This document shows, in pieces, positions 27,101 to 43,776 of a DNA stretch of 64,000 nt. The notes under the pieces were generated by a model. The model did no database searches, was not told the origin of the DNA, and was given only the letters and a program-made list of their open reading frames with translations. Each line of letters begins with the position of its first letter. The stretch's first letter is position 1. A program made the translations under genes and the position numbers. This DNA is from the human T2T-CHM13v2.0 reference genome, Homo sapiens: assembly GCF_009914755.1 (NCBI RefSeq), contig NC_060925.1. One strand, given 5' to 3'.

Positions 27101-27370
27101 TCCACCTATCCATGTGCAGATTCTAGAAAAAAGAGAGTTTCGAAACTGCTCTATCCAAAGGAATGTTCAACTCTGTGAGTTGCATGCAATCATCACAGAG
27201 AAGTTTCTGAGAAGCCTTCTGTCTGGATTTTATGTGAAGATATACCGATTTCGAACGAAGGCCACAAAGTGCTCCCAATATCCACTTGCAGATCCTACAA
27301 AAAGAGTGTTTCAAAGATGAACTATCAAAGGAAGGTTCAACTCTGGACTTTGAATGCGAACGTCACAAAC
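15133..27370. repeat. Tandem duplication of a 4-HOR block (2 x 6119 bp)
   Basis: Matching variant ORFs sit at a constant 6119-bp offset (15163/21282, 16915/23034, 18444/24563, 20995/27114), including a shared 1-bp deletion (~17571/~23690). The junction is at ~21252-21260. Confidence 0.92.
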
Positions 27371-30300
27371 AAGTTTCTACGAAAGCTTCTGTTTAGTTAG
27401 GTGACGTTAGCCCGTTTCCAACGAAATCCTCGGGGAGGTCCAACTGTCCACTAGCAGATTCTACAAAAAGTGTGTTTCAAAACTGCTCCATCCAAAGGAA
27501 TGTTCCGCTCTGTGAGTTCAACTCAATCATCCCAAAGTATTTTCTGAGAATGCTTCTGTCCAGTTTTCACACGAAGCTATTTCCTTTACTACCGTAGGCC
27601 TCAAAGCGTTCCAAATCTCCAATTGCAGATATTACGAAAAGAGTGTTTCAACTTGAACTCACAAGGGAATGTTCAACCCCGTGAGTTGAATGCCAACATC
27701 ACGAAGAAGTTTCTGAGAATGCTTCTGTTTAGTTCTGTGAGGTTTATCCCGTTTCCAACGAAATCCTCAGAGAAGTCCAAACACCCACTCGCAGATTCTA
27801 CAAAAAGTGTGTTTCGAAACTGCTCCATCCAAAACAATGTTCAGTTCTGTGGGTTGAACTCAATCGTCACAAAGTTTTTCCTGAGAATGCTGCTGTCTAG
27901 TTTTTATGGGCAGTGATTTCCTCTACTGCCATAGGCCTCAAAGCGGTCCAAATCTCCCCTTGCCGATTCTACCAAAAGTGTGTTTCCAAACGGCTCTATC
28001 AAAGGGAATGTTCAACTCTGTGACCTGAAAGCAATCATCACAAAGTAGTTTCTGAGAATGATTCCATCTAACCTTTTTGAGTAGATATTTCCTTTTCCAC
28101 CACAGGCCTCGAAGCTCTCCAAATGTCCACTTGCAGATTCTAGAAAGAGAGGGTTTCAAAGCTGCTCTATCGAAAGGAAATTACAATTCTTTGAGTTGAA
28201 TGCAAACATCACAAAGAAGGCTCTGAGCATGCTTCCGTTTAGCTTTTATGGGAAGATTATCCCTTTTCCATCGAAATCTCCAAAGAGGTCCAAATATCTG
28301 CTTGCAGGTCCCACTGAAAGAGTGTTTCCAAACTGCTGTATCAAAAGGAACCTTCAACTCCGTGAGTTGAATGCCATCATCACAAAGACGTTTCTGACAA
28401 TGTTTCTCTCTAGTTTTTAGGTGAAGATATTTCCTTTTCCACCACAGGCCTGAAAGCGCTCCAAACGTCCACTTGGAGACTCTACGAAAAGAATGTTTCA
28501 AAACTGCTCTATGAAAAGCAAGGTTAAATTCTGGGAGTTGAACACATGACTCACAAAGAAGTTTCTGAGAAGGCATCTGTTTACTCTTTAAGTGAAGATA
28601 TTCCCGTTTCCAAGGAAATCTTCACAGAGTTCCACCTATCCATGTGCAGATTCTAGGAAAAAGAGAGTTTCGAAACTGCTCTATCCAAAGGAATGTTCAA
28701 CTCTGTGAGTTGCATGCAATCATCACAGAGAAGTTTCTGAGAAGCCTTCTGTCTGGATTTTATGTGAAGATATACCCATTTCGAACGAAGGCCACACAGT
28801 GCCCCCAATATCCCCTTGCAGATCCTACAAAAAGAGTGTTTCAAAAGTGAACTATCAAAGGAAGGTTCAACTCTGGACTTTGAATGCGAACGTCACAAAG
28901 AAGTTTCTGCGAAAGCTTCTGTTTAGTTAGGTGACGTTATCCCGTTTCCAACGAAATCCTCGGGGAGGCCCAACTGTCCACTTGCAGATTCTACAAAAAG
29001 TGTGTTTCAAAACTGCTCCATCCAAAGGAATGTTCCGCTCTGTGAGTTCAACTCAACCATCCCAAAGTATTTTCTGAGAATGATTCTGTCCAGTTTTTAC
29101 ACGAAGCTATTTCCTTTACTACCTTAGGCCTCAAAGCGTTCCAAATCTCCACTTGCAGATACTACGAAAAGAGTGTTTCACCCTGAACTCACAAGGGAAG
29201 TTTCAACTCTGGGAGTTGAATGCCAACATCACGAAGAAATTTCTGAGAATGCTTCTGTTTAGTTATGTGAGGTTTATCCCGTTTCCAACGAAATCCTCAG
29301 AGAAGTCCAAATACCCACTTGCAGATTCCACAAAAAGTGTGTTTCCAAACTGCTCCATCCAAAGCAATGTTCAGCTCTGTGGGTTGAACTCAATCGTCAC
29401 AAAGTGTTTCCTGAGAATGCTACGGTCTAGTTTTTATGGGCAGTGATTTCCTCTACTGCCATAGGCCTCAATGCGGTCCAAATCTCCCCTTGCAGATTCT
29501 ACCAACAGTGTGTTTCCAAACGGCTCTATCAAAGGGAATGTTCAACTCTGTGAGTTGAAAGCAACCATCACAAAGTAGTTTCTGAGAATGCTTCCATCTA
29601 CCTTTTATGAGTAGATATTTCCTTTTCCACCACAGGCTTCGAAGCCCTCCAAATGTCCACTTACAGATTCTAGAAAGAGAGGGTTTCAAAGCTGCTCTAT
29701 CGAAAGGAAAGTATAACTCTGTGAGTTGAATGCAAACATCACAAAGAAGTCTGTGAGCATGCTTCCGTTTAGCTTTTATGGGAAGATTATCCCTTTTCCA
29801 TCGAAATCTTCAAAGAGGTCCAAATATCTGCTTGCAGATCCCACTGAAAGAGTGTTTCCAAACTGCTGTATCAAAAGGAACCTTCAACTCCGTGAGTTGA
29901 ATGCAATCATCCCAAAGAAGTTTCTGACAATGCTTCTCTGTAGTTTTTAGCTGAAGATATTTCCTTTTCCACCACAGGCCTGAAAGCGCTCCAAATGTCC
30001 ACTTGGAGACTCTATGAAAAGAATGTTTCAAAACTGCTCTATGAAAAGCAAGGTTAAACTCTGGGAGTTCAACACATGCCTCACAAAGAAGTTTCTGAGA
30101 AGGCGTCTCTTCACTCTTTATGTGAAGATATTCCCGTTTGCAAAGAAATCTTCCCAGAGTTCCACCTATCCATGTGCAGGTTCTAGAAAAAAGAGAGTTT
30201 CGAAACTGCTCTATCCAAAGGAATGTTCAACTCTGTGAGTTGAATGCAATCATCACAGAGAAGTTTCTGAGAAGGCTTCTGTCTGGATTTTATGTGAAGA

Positions 30301-33300
30301 TATACCCGTTTCGAACGAGGGCCACAAAGTGCTCCAAATATCCACTTGCAGATCCTACAAAAAGAGTGTTTCAAACGTGAACTATCAAAGGAAGGTTCAA
30401 CTCTGGACTTTGAATGCAAACGTCACAAAGAAGTTTCTGCGAAAGCTTCTGTTCAGTTAGGTGACGATATCCCGTTTCCAACGAAATCCTCAGGGAGTTC
30501 CAAATATCCACTTGCAGATTCTACAAGAAGTGTGTTTCAAAACTGCTCCATCCAAAGGAATGTTCAGCTCTGTGAGTTCAACTAAATCATCACAAAGTAT
30601 TCTCTGAGAATGCTTCTGTCCAGTTTTTACACGAAGCTATATCCTTTACTAGCTTAGGCCTCAAAGCGTTCCAAATCTCCACTTGCAGATACTACGAAAA
30701 GAATGTTTCACCCTGAACTCAAAAGGGAAGTTTCAACTCTGTGAGTTGAATGCCAACATCACGAAGAAACTTCTGAGAATGCTTCTGTTTAGTTATGTGC
30801 GGTTTACCCCGTTTCCAACGAAATCCTCAGAGAAGTCCAAATACCCACTTGCAGATTCCAAAAAAGTGTTTTTCGAAACTGCTCCATCCAAAGCAATGTT
30901 CAGCTCTGTGGGTTGAACTCAATCGTCACAAAGTGTTTCCTGAGAATGCTACTGTCTACTTTTTATGGGCAGTGATTTCCTCTATTGCCATAGGCCTCAA
31001 AGCGGTCCAAATCTCCCCAGGCAGATTCTACCAAGAGTGTGTTTCCAAACGGCTCTATCAAAGGGAATATTCAACTCTGTGAGTTGAAAGCAACCATCAC
31101 AAAGTGGTTTCTGAGAACGCTTCCATTTACCTTTTATGAGTAGATATTTCCTTTTCCACCACAGTCCTCGAAGCCCTCCAAATGTCCACTTACAGATTCT
31201 AGAAAGAGAGGGTTTCCAAGCTGCTCTATCGAAAGGAAAGTATAACTCTGTGAGTTGAATGCAAACATCACAAGGAAGTCTCTGAGCATGCTTCCGTTTA
31301 GCTTTTATGGGAAGATTATCCCTTTTCCATCGAAATCTTCAAAGAGGTCCAAATATCCGCTTGCAGATCCCACTGAAAGTGTGTTTCCAAACTGCTGTAT
31401 CAAAAGGAACCTTCAACTCCGTGAGTTGAATGCAATCATCACAAAGAAGTTTCTGACAATGCTTCTCTCTAGTTTTTAGCTGAAGATATTTCCTTTTCCA
31501 CCACAGGCCTGAAAGCGCTCCAAATGGCCACTTGGAGACTCTACGAAAAGAATGTTTCAAAACTGCTCTATGAAAAGCAAGGTTAAACTCTGGGAGTTGA
31601 ACACATGCCTCACAAAGAAGTTTCTGAGAAGGCGTCTCTTTACTCTTTATGTGAAGATATTCCCGTTTGCAAAGAAATCTTCACAGAGTTCCACCTATCC
31701 ATGTGCAGGTTCTAGAAAAAAGAGAGTTTCGAAACTGCTCTACCCAAAGGAATGTTCAACTCTGTGAGTTGAATGCAATCATCACAGAGAAGTTTCTGAG
31801 AAGGCTTCTGTCTGGATTTTATGTGAAGATATACCCGTTTCGAACGAGGGCCACACAGTGCTCCAAATATCCACTTGCAGATCCTACAAAAAGAGTGTTT
31901 CAAACGTGAACTCTCAAAGGAAGGTTCAACTCTGGACTTTGAATGCAAACGTCACAAAGAAGTTTCTGCGAAAGCTTCTGTTCAGTTAGGTGACGATATC
32001 CCGTTTCCAACGAAATCCTCAGGGAGTTCCAAATATCCACTTGCAGATTCTACAAAAAGTGTGTTTCAAAACTGCTCCATCCAAAGGAATGTTCAGCTCT
32101 GTGACTTCAACTAAATCATCACAAAGTATTTTCTGAGAATGCTTCTGTCCAGTTTTTACACGAAGCTATATCCTTTACTACCTTAGGCCTCAAAGCGTTC
32201 CAAATCTCCACTTGCAGATACTACGAAAAGAGTGTTTCACCCTGAACTCACAAGGGAAGTTTCAACTCTGGGAGTTGAATGCCAACATCACGAAGAAGTT
32301 TCTGAGAATGCTTCTGTTTAGTTATGTGAGGTTTATCCCGTTTCCAACGAAATCCTCAGAGAAGTCCAAATACCCACTTGCAGATTCCACAAAAAGTGTG
32401 TTTCCAAACTGCTCCATCCAAAGCAATGTTCAGCTCTGCGTGTTGAACTCAGTCGTCACAAAGTGTTTCCTGAGAATGCTATGGTCTAGTTTTTATGGGC
32501 AGTGATTTCCTCTACTGCCATAGGCCTCAAAGCGGTCCAAATCTCCCCTTGCAGATTCTACCAACAGTGTGTTTCCAAACGGCTCTATCAAAGGGAATGT
32601 TCAACTCTGTGAGTTGAAAGCAACCATCACAAAGTGGTTTCTGAAAACGCTTCCATCTACCTTTTATGAGTAGATATTTCCTTTTCCACCACAGGCCTCG
32701 AAGCCCTCCAAATGTCCACTTACAGATTCTAGAAAGAGAGGGTTTCAAAGCTGCTCTATAGAAAGGAACGTATAACTCTGTGAGTTGAATGCAAACATCA
32801 CAAAGAAGTCTCTGAGCATGCTTCCGTTTAGCTTTTATGGGAAGATTTTCCCTTTTCCATCGAAATCTTCAAAGAGGTCCAAATATCCACTTGCAGATCC
32901 CACTGAAAGAGTGTTTCCAAACTGCTGTATCAAAAGGAACCTTCAACTCCGTGAGTTGAATTCAATCATCACAAAGAAGTTTCTGACAATGCTTCTCTCT
33001 AGTTTTTAGATGAAAATATTTCCTTTTCCACCACAGCTCTGAAAGCGCTCCAAATGTCCACATGGAGACTCTACGAAAAGAATGTTTCAAAACTGCTCTA
33101 TGAAAAGCAAGGTTAAACTCTGGGAGTTGAACACATGCCTCACAAAGAAGTTTCTGAGAAGGCATCTCTTTACTTTTTATGTGAAGATATTCCCGTTTAC
33201 AAAGAAATCTTCACAGAGTTCCACCTATCCATGTGCAGGTTCTAGAAAAAAGAGAGTTTCGAAACTGCTCTATCCAAAGGAATGTTCAACTCTGTGAGTT

Positions 33301-36300
33301 GAATGCAATCATCACAGAGAAGTTTCTGAGAAGGCTTCTGTCTGGATTTTATGTGAAGATATACCCGTTTCGAACGAGGGCCACAAAGTGCTCCAAATAT
33401 CCACTTGCAGATCCTACAAAAAGAGTGTTTCAAACGTGAACTATCAAAGGAACGTTCAACTCTGGACTTTGAATGCAAACGTCACAAAGAATTTTCTGCG
33501 AAATCTTCTGTTCACTTAGGTGACGTTATCCCGTTTCCAACGAAATCCTCAGGGAGTTCCAAATATCCACTTGCAGATTCTACAAAAAGTGTGTTTCAAA
33601 ACTGCTTCATCCAAAGGAATGTTCAGCTCTGTGAGTTCAACTAAATCATCACAAAATATTTTCTGAGAATGCTTCTGTCCAGTTTTTACACGAAGCTATA
33701 TCCTTTACTACCTTAGGCCTCAAAGCGTTCCAAATCTCCACTTGCAGATACTACGAAAAAAGTGTTTCACCCTGAACTCACAAGGGAAGTTTCAACTCTG
33801 TGAGTTGAATGCCAACATCACGAAGAAGTTTCTGAGAATGCTTCTGTTTAGTTATGTGAGGTTTATCCCGTTTCCAACGAAATCCTCAGAGAAGTCCAAA
33901 TACCCACTTGCAGATTCCACAAAAAGTGTGTTTTGAAACTGCTCCATCCAAAGCAATGTTCAGCTCTGTGGGTTGAACTGAATCGTCACAAAGTGTTTCC
34001 TGAGAATGCTACTGTCTACTTTTTATGGGCAGTGATTTCCTCTACTGCCATAAGCCTCAAAGCGGTCCAAATCTCCCCTTGCATATTCTACCAAGAGTGT
34101 GTTTCCAAACGGCTCTATCAAAGGGAATGTTCAACTCTGTGAGTTGAAAGCAACCATCACAAAGTGGTTTCTGAGAACGCTTCGATCTACCTTTTATGAG
34201 TAGATATTTCCTTTTCCACCACAGGCCTCGAAGCCCTCCAAATGTCCACTTACAGATTCTAGAAAGAGAGGGTTTCAAAGCTGCTCTATCGAAAGGAATG
34301 TATAACTCTGTGAGTTGAATGCAAACATCCCAAAGAAGTCTCTGAGCCTGCTTCCGTTTAGCTTTTATGGGAAGATTATCCCTTTTCCATCAAAATCTTC
34401 AAAGAGGTCCAAATATCCGCTTGCAGATCCCACTGAAAGAGTGTTTCCAAACTGCTGTATCAAAAGGAACCTTCAACTCCGTGAGTTGAATGCAATCATC
34501 ACAAAGAAGTTTCTGACAATGCTTCTCTCTAGTTTTTAGCTGAAGATATTTCCTTTTCCACCACAGGCCTGAAAGCGCTCCAAATGTCCACATGGAGACT
34601 CTACGAAAAGAATGTTTCAAAGCTGCTCTATGAAAAGCAAGGTTAAACTCTGGGAGTTGAACACATGCCTCATAAAGAAGTTTCTGAGAAAGCATCTCTT
34701 TCCTCTTTATGTGAAGATATTCCCGTTTGCAAAGAAATCTTCACAGAGTTCCACCTATCCATGTGCAGGTTCTAGAAAAAAGAGAGTTTCGAAACTGCTC
34801 TATCCAAAGGAATGTTCAACTCTGTGAGTTGAATGCAATCATCACAGAGAAGTTTCTGAGAAGGCTTCTGTCTGGATTTTATGTGAAGATATACCCGTTT
34901 CGAACGAGGGCCACAAAGTGCTCCAAATATCCACTTGCAGATCCTACAAAAAGAGTGTTTCAAACGTGAAGTATCAAAGGAAGCTTCAACTCTGGACTTT
35001 GAATGCATACGTCACAAAGAAGTTTCTGCGAAAGCTTCTGTTCAGTTAGGTGACGTTATCCCGTTTCCAACGAAATCCTCAGGGAGTTCCAAATATCCAC
35101 TTGCAGATTGTACAAAAAGTGTGTTTCAAAACTGCTCCATCCAAAGGAATGTTCAGCTCTGTGAGTTCAACTAAATCATCACAAAGTATTTTCTGAGAAT
35201 GCTTCTGTCCAGTTTTTACACGAAGCTATATCCTTTACTAGCTTAGGCCTCAAAGCGTTCCAAATCTCCACTTGCAGATACTACGAAAAGAATGTTTCAC
35301 CCTGAACTCACAAGAGAAGTTTCAACTCTGTGAGTTGAATGCCAACATCACGAGGAAACTTCTGAGAATGCTTCTGTTTAGTTATGTGAGGTTTATCCCG
35401 TTTCCAACGAAATCCTCAGAGAAGTCCAAATACCCACTTGCAAATTCCAAAAAAGTGTTTTTCGAAACTGCTCCATCCAAAGCAATGTTCAGCTCTGTGG
35501 GTTGAACTCAATCGTCACAAAGTGTTTCCTGAGAATGCTACTGTCTACTTTTTATGGGCAGTGATTTCCTCTATTGCCATAGGCCTCAAAGCGGTCCAAA
35601 TCTCCCCTTGCAGATTCTACCAAGAGTGTGTTTCCAAACGGCTCTATCAAAGGGAATATTCAACTCTGTGAGTTGAAAGCAACCATCACAAAGTGGTTTC
35701 TGAGAACGCTTCCATTTACCTTTTATGAGTAGATATTTCCTTTTCCACCACAGGCCTCGAAGCCCTCCAAATGTCCACTTACAGATTCTAGAAAGAGAGG
35801 GTTTCAAAGCTGCTCTATAGAAAGGAACGTATAACTCTGTGAGTTGAATGCAAACATCACAAAGAAGTCTCTGAGCATGCTTCCGTTTAGCTTTTATGGG
35901 AAGATTATCCCTTTTCCATCGAAATCTTCAAAGAGGTCCAAATATCCGCTTGCAGATCCCACTGAAAGAGTGTTTCCAAACTGCTGTATCAAAAGGAACC
36001 TTCAACTCCGTGAGTTGAATGCAATCATCACAAAGAAGTTTCTGACAATGCTTCTCTCTAGTTTTTAGCTGAAGATATTTCCTTTTCCACCACAGGCCTG
36101 AAAGCGCTCCAAATGTCCACTTGGAGACTCTAAGAAAAGAATGTTTCAAAAGTGCTCTATGAAAAGCAAGGTTAAACTCTGGGAGTTGAACACATGCCTC
36201 ACAAAGAAGTTTCTGAGAAGGCATCTCTTTCCTCTTTATGTGAAGATATTCCCGTTTGCAAAGAAATCTTCACAGAGTTCCACCTGTCCATGTGCAGGTT

Positions 36301-37690
36301 CTAGAAAAAAGAAAGTTTCGAAACTGCTCTATCCAAAGGAAAGTTCAACTCTGTGAGTTGAATGCAATCATCACAGAGAAGTTTCTGAGAAGGCTTCTGT
36401 CTGGATTTTATGTGAAGATATACCCGTTTCGAACGAGGGACACAAAGTGCTCCAAATATCCACTTGCAGATCCTACAAAAAGAGTGATTCAAACGTGAAC
36501 TATCAAAGGAAGGTTCAACTCTGGACTTTGAATGCAAACGTCACAAAGAAGTTTCTGCGAAAGCTTCTGTTCAGTTAGGTGACGTTATCCCGTTTCCAAC
36601 GAAATCCTCAGGGAGTTCCAAATATCCACTTGCAGATTCTACAAAAAGTGTGTTTCATAACTGCTCCATCCAAAGGAATGTTCGACTCTGTGAGTTCAAC
36701 TAAATCATCACAAAGTATTTTCTGAGAATGCTTCTGTCCAGTTTTCACACGAAGCTATATCCTTTACTACCTTAGGCCTCAAAGCGTTCCAAATCTCCAC
36801 TTGCAGATACTACGAAAAGAGTGTTTCACCCTGAACTCACAAGGGAAGTTTCAACTCTGGGAGTTGAATGCCAACATCACGAAGAAGTTTCTGAGAATGC
36901 TTCTGTTTAGTTATGTGAGGTTTATCCCGTTTCCAACGAAATCCTCAGAGAAGTCCAAATACCCACTTGCAGATTCCACAAAAAGTGTGTTTCCAAACTG
37001 CTCCATCCAAAGCAATGTTCAGCTCTGTGGGTTGAACTCAATCGTCACAAAGTGTTTCCTGAGAATGCTACGGTCTAGTTTTTATGGGCAGTGATTTCCT
37101 CTACTGCCATAGGCCTCAAAGCGGTCGAAATCTCCCCTTGCAGATTCTACCAACAGTGTGTTTCCAAACGGCTCTATCAAAGGGAATGTTCAACTCTGTG
37201 AGTTGAAAGCAACCATCACAAAGCCGTTTCGGAGAATGCTTCCATCTACCTTTTATGAGTAGATATTTCCTTTTCCACCACAGGCCTCGAAGCCCTCCAA
37301 ATGTCCACTTACAGACTCTAGAAAGAGAGGGTTTCAAAGCTGCTCTATCGAAAGGAAAGTATAACTCTGTGAGTTGAATGCAAACATCACAAAGAAGTCT
37401 CTGAGCATGCTTCCGTTTAGCTTTTATGGGAAGATTATCCCTTTTCCATCGAAATCTTCAAAGAGGTCCAAATATCCGCTTGCAGATCCCACTGAAAGAG
37501 TGTTTCCAAACTGCTGTATCAAAAGGAACCTTCAACTCCGTGAGTTGAATGCAATCATCACAAAGAAGTTTCTGACAATGCTTCTCTCTAGTTTTTAGCT
37601 GAAGATATTTCCTTTTCCACCACAGGCCTGAAAGCGCTCCAAATGTCCACTTGGAGACTCTAAGAAAAGAATGTTTCAAAAGTGCTCTAT

Positions 37691-37704
37691 GAAAAGCAAG
37701 GTTA
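37691..37704 (+). repeat. L1 target-site duplication, 5' copy (GAAAAGCAAGGTTA)
   Basis: An identical 14-mer is at 43812-43825. The empty site in other HORs reads CTCTATGAAAAGCAAGGTTAAACTC. Confidence 0.95.
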
Positions 37705-38608
37705 GGGGAGGAGCCAAGATGGCCGAATAGGAACAGCTCCGGTCTACAGCTCCCAGCGTGAGCGACGCAGAAGACGGTGATTTCTGCATTTCCATCTGAG
37801 GTACCGGGTTCATCTCACTAGGGAGTGCCAGACAGTGGGCGCAGGCCAGTGTGTGTGCGCACCGTGCGCGAGCCGAAGCAGGGCGAGGCATTGCCTCACC
37901 TGGGAAGCGCAAGGGGTCAGGGAGTTCCCTTTCCGAGTCAAAGAAAGGGGTGACGGACGCACCTGGAAAATCGGGTCACTCCCACCCGAATATTGCGCTT
38001 TTCAGACCGGCTTAAGAAACGGCGCACCACGAGACTATATCCCACACCTGGCTCGGAGGGTCCTACGCCCACGGAATCTCGCTGATTGCTAGCACAGCAG
38101 TCTGAGATCAAACTGCAAGGCGGCAACGAGGCTGGGGGAGGGGCGCCCGCCATTGCCCAGGCTTGCTTAGGTAAACAAAACAGCAGGGAAGCTCGAACTG
38201 GGTGGAGCCCACCACAGCTCAAGGAGGCCTGCCTGCCTCTGTAGGCTCCACCTCTGGGGGCAGGGCACAGACAAACAAAAAGACAGCAGTAACCTCTGCA
38301 GACTTAAGTGTCCCTGTCTGACAGCTTTGAAGAGAGCAGTGGTTCTCCCAGCACGCAGCTGGAGATCTGAGAACGGGCAGACTGCCTCCTCAAGTGGGTC
38401 CCTGACTCCTGACCCCCGAGCAGCCTAACTGGGAGGCACCCCCCAGCAGGGGCACACTGACACCTCACACGGCAGGGTATTCCAACAGACCTGCAGCTGA
38501 GGGTCCTGTCTGTTAGAAGGAAAACTAACAACCAGAAAGGACATCTACACCGAAAACCCATCTGTACATCACCATCATCAAAGACCAAAAGTAGATAAAA
38601 CCACAAAG
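37705..38608 (+). promoter_or_regulatory. L1 5'UTR: CpG-rich internal Pol II sense promoter and antisense promoter
   Basis: YY1 site AAGATGGCC at 37716-37724, RUNX3-region TGCATTTCCATCTGAGGTA at ~37785-37803, and SRY/SOX sites AACAAA at 38174-38179 and 38274-38279. CpG density is high relative to the flanks. Confidence 0.93.
37938..38153 (-). CDS. ORF0: L1 antisense ORF0 (71 aa, MAGAPPPASLPPCSLISDCC...RHPFL)
   Basis: These are the last 71 aa of track ORF 37938..38222. The ATG is at 38153-38151. Position, length and sequence match primate L1 ORF0. Confidence 0.85.
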   Translation of the reverse strand: MAGAPPPASLPPCSLISDCCASNQRDSVGVGPSEPGVGYSLVVRRFLSRSEKRNIRVGVTRFSRCVRHPFL

Positions 38609-39625
38609 ATGGGGAAAAAACAGAACAGAAAAACTGGAAACTCTAAAACGCAGAGCGCCTCTCCTCCTCCAAAGGAACGCAGTTCCTCACCAGCAACAGA
38701 ACAAAGCTGGATGGAGAATGATTTTGACGAGCTGAGAGAAGAAGGCTTCAGACGATCAAATTACTCTGAGCTACGGGAGGACATTCAAACCAAAGGCAAA
38801 GAAGTTGAAAACTTTGAAAAAAATTTAGAAGAATGTATAACTAGAATAACCAATACAGAGAAGTGCTTAAAGGAGCTGATGGAGCTGAAAACCAAGGCTC
38901 GAGAACTACGTGAAGAATGCAGAAGCCTCAGGAGCCGATGCGATCAACTGGAAGAAAGGGTATCAGCAATGGAAGATGAAATGAATGAAATGAAGCGAGA
39001 AGGGAAGTTTAGAGAAAAAAGAATAAAAAGAAATGAGCAAAGCCTCCAAGAAATATGGGACTATGTGAAAAGACCAAATCTACGTCTGATTGGTGTACCT
39101 GAAAGTGATGTGGAGAATGGAACCAAGTTGGAAAACACTCTGCAGGATATTATCCAGGAGAACTTCCCCAATCTAGCAAGGCAGGCCAACGTTCAGATTC
39201 AGGAAATACAGAGAACGCCACAAAGATACTCCTCGAGAAGAGCAACTCCAAGACACATAATTGTCAGATTCACCAAAGTTGAAATGAAGGAAAAAATGTT
39301 AAGGGCAGCCAGAGAGAAAGGTCGGGTTACCCTCAAAGGAAAGCCCATCAGACTAACAGCGGATCTCTCGGCAGAAACCCTACAAGCCAGAAGAGAGTGG
39401 GGGCCAATATTCAACATTCTTAAAGAAAAGAATTTTCAACCCAGAATTTCATATCCAGCCAAACTAAGCTTCATAAGTGAAGGAGAAATAAAATACTTTA
39501 TAGACAAGCAAATGTTGAGAGATTTTGTCACCACCAGGCCTGCCCTAAAAGAGCTCCTGAAGGAAGCGCTAAACATGGAAAGGAACAACCGGTACCAGCC
39601 GCTGCAAAATCATGCCAAAATGTAA
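38609..39625 (+). CDS. ORF1: L1 ORF1p (338 aa RNA-binding protein/nucleic-acid chaperone)
   Basis: MGKKQNRKTGNSK start, with coiled coil, RRM and CTD. The essential motifs REKG, ARR and YPAKLS are intact. Confidence 0.99.
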   Translation: MGKKQNRKTGNSKTQSASPPPKERSSSPATEQSWMENDFDELREEGFRRSNYSELREDIQTKGKEVENFEKNLEECITRITNTEKCLKELMELKTKARELREECRSLRSRCDQLEERVSAMEDEMNEMKREGKFREKRIKRNEQSLQEIWDYVKRPNLRLIGVPESDVENGTKLENTLQDIIQENFPNLARQANVQIQEIQRTPQRYSSRRATPRHIIVRFTKVEMKEKMLRAAREKGRVTLKGKPIRLTADLSAETLQARREWGPIFNILKEKNFQPRISYPAKLSFISEGEIKYFIDKQMLRDFVTTRPALKELLKEALNMERNNRYQPLQNHAKM

Positions 39626-39664
39626 AGACCATCGAGACTAGGAAGAAACTGCATCAACTAATGA

Positions 39665-43516
<3,852 letters not shown>

Positions 43517-43559
43517 ACAATGAGATCACATGGACACAGGAAGGGGAATATCACACTCT

Positions 43560-43593
43560 GGGGACTGTGGTGGGGTCGGGGGAGGGGGGAGGG
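43560..43593 (+). other. L1 3'UTR G-rich polypurine tract (G-quadruplex-forming)
   Basis: GGGGACTGTGGTGGGGTCGGGGGAGGGGGGAGGG, a conserved L1 3'UTR element. Confidence 0.8.
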
Positions 43594-43718
43594 ATAGCAT
43601 TGGGAGATATACCTAATGCTAGATGACACATTAGTGGGTGCAGTGCACCAGCATGGCACATGTATACATATGTAACTAACCTGCACAATGTGCACATGTA
43701 CCCTAAAACTTAGAGTAT

Positions 43719-43776
43719 AAAAAAAAAAAAAAAAAAAGAATTGTAAAAAAAAAAATTATAAATAAAACAAAGAAGA

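Larger units (their letters stand above)
7501..29118 (-). repeat. HOR layer 2 (variant haplotype, ~14 copies)
   Basis: Diagnostic variants: GGGAGGTCCAACTGTCC, AATGTTCCGCTC, TTAGTTCTGTGAGG, AAACACCCAC, CCAAAACAATG, TTTAAGTGAAG, GTTGCATGCA, TACCCATTTCGAACG. Confidence 0.85.
1..37704 (-). repeat. Alpha-satellite 9-mer HOR array (~1530-bp period), left of L1, ~24.6 HOR copies
   Basis: ~170-bp monomers match the reverse complement of the alphoid consensus (e.g. GAGTTGAATGCAAACATCACAAAGAAGTTTCTGAGAATGCTTC). Equivalent ORF-track entries recur every 1529-1533 bp, i.e. 9 monomers. CENP-B boxes are present. Confidence 0.98.

Noticed and set aside
15133-27370. Causal link between the 6119-bp duplication and the 6121-bp L1 insertion
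   Set aside because: They share no sequence and lie more than 10 kb apart in different layers. The duplication size is simply 4 x HOR minus a 1-bp deletion.
37676-38606. ORFs 37676-37912 (-), 37835-38092 (+) and 38304-38606 (-) in the L1 5'UTR
   Set aside because: Incidental frames in a GC-rich UTR. Only the 71-aa ORF0 is an established product.
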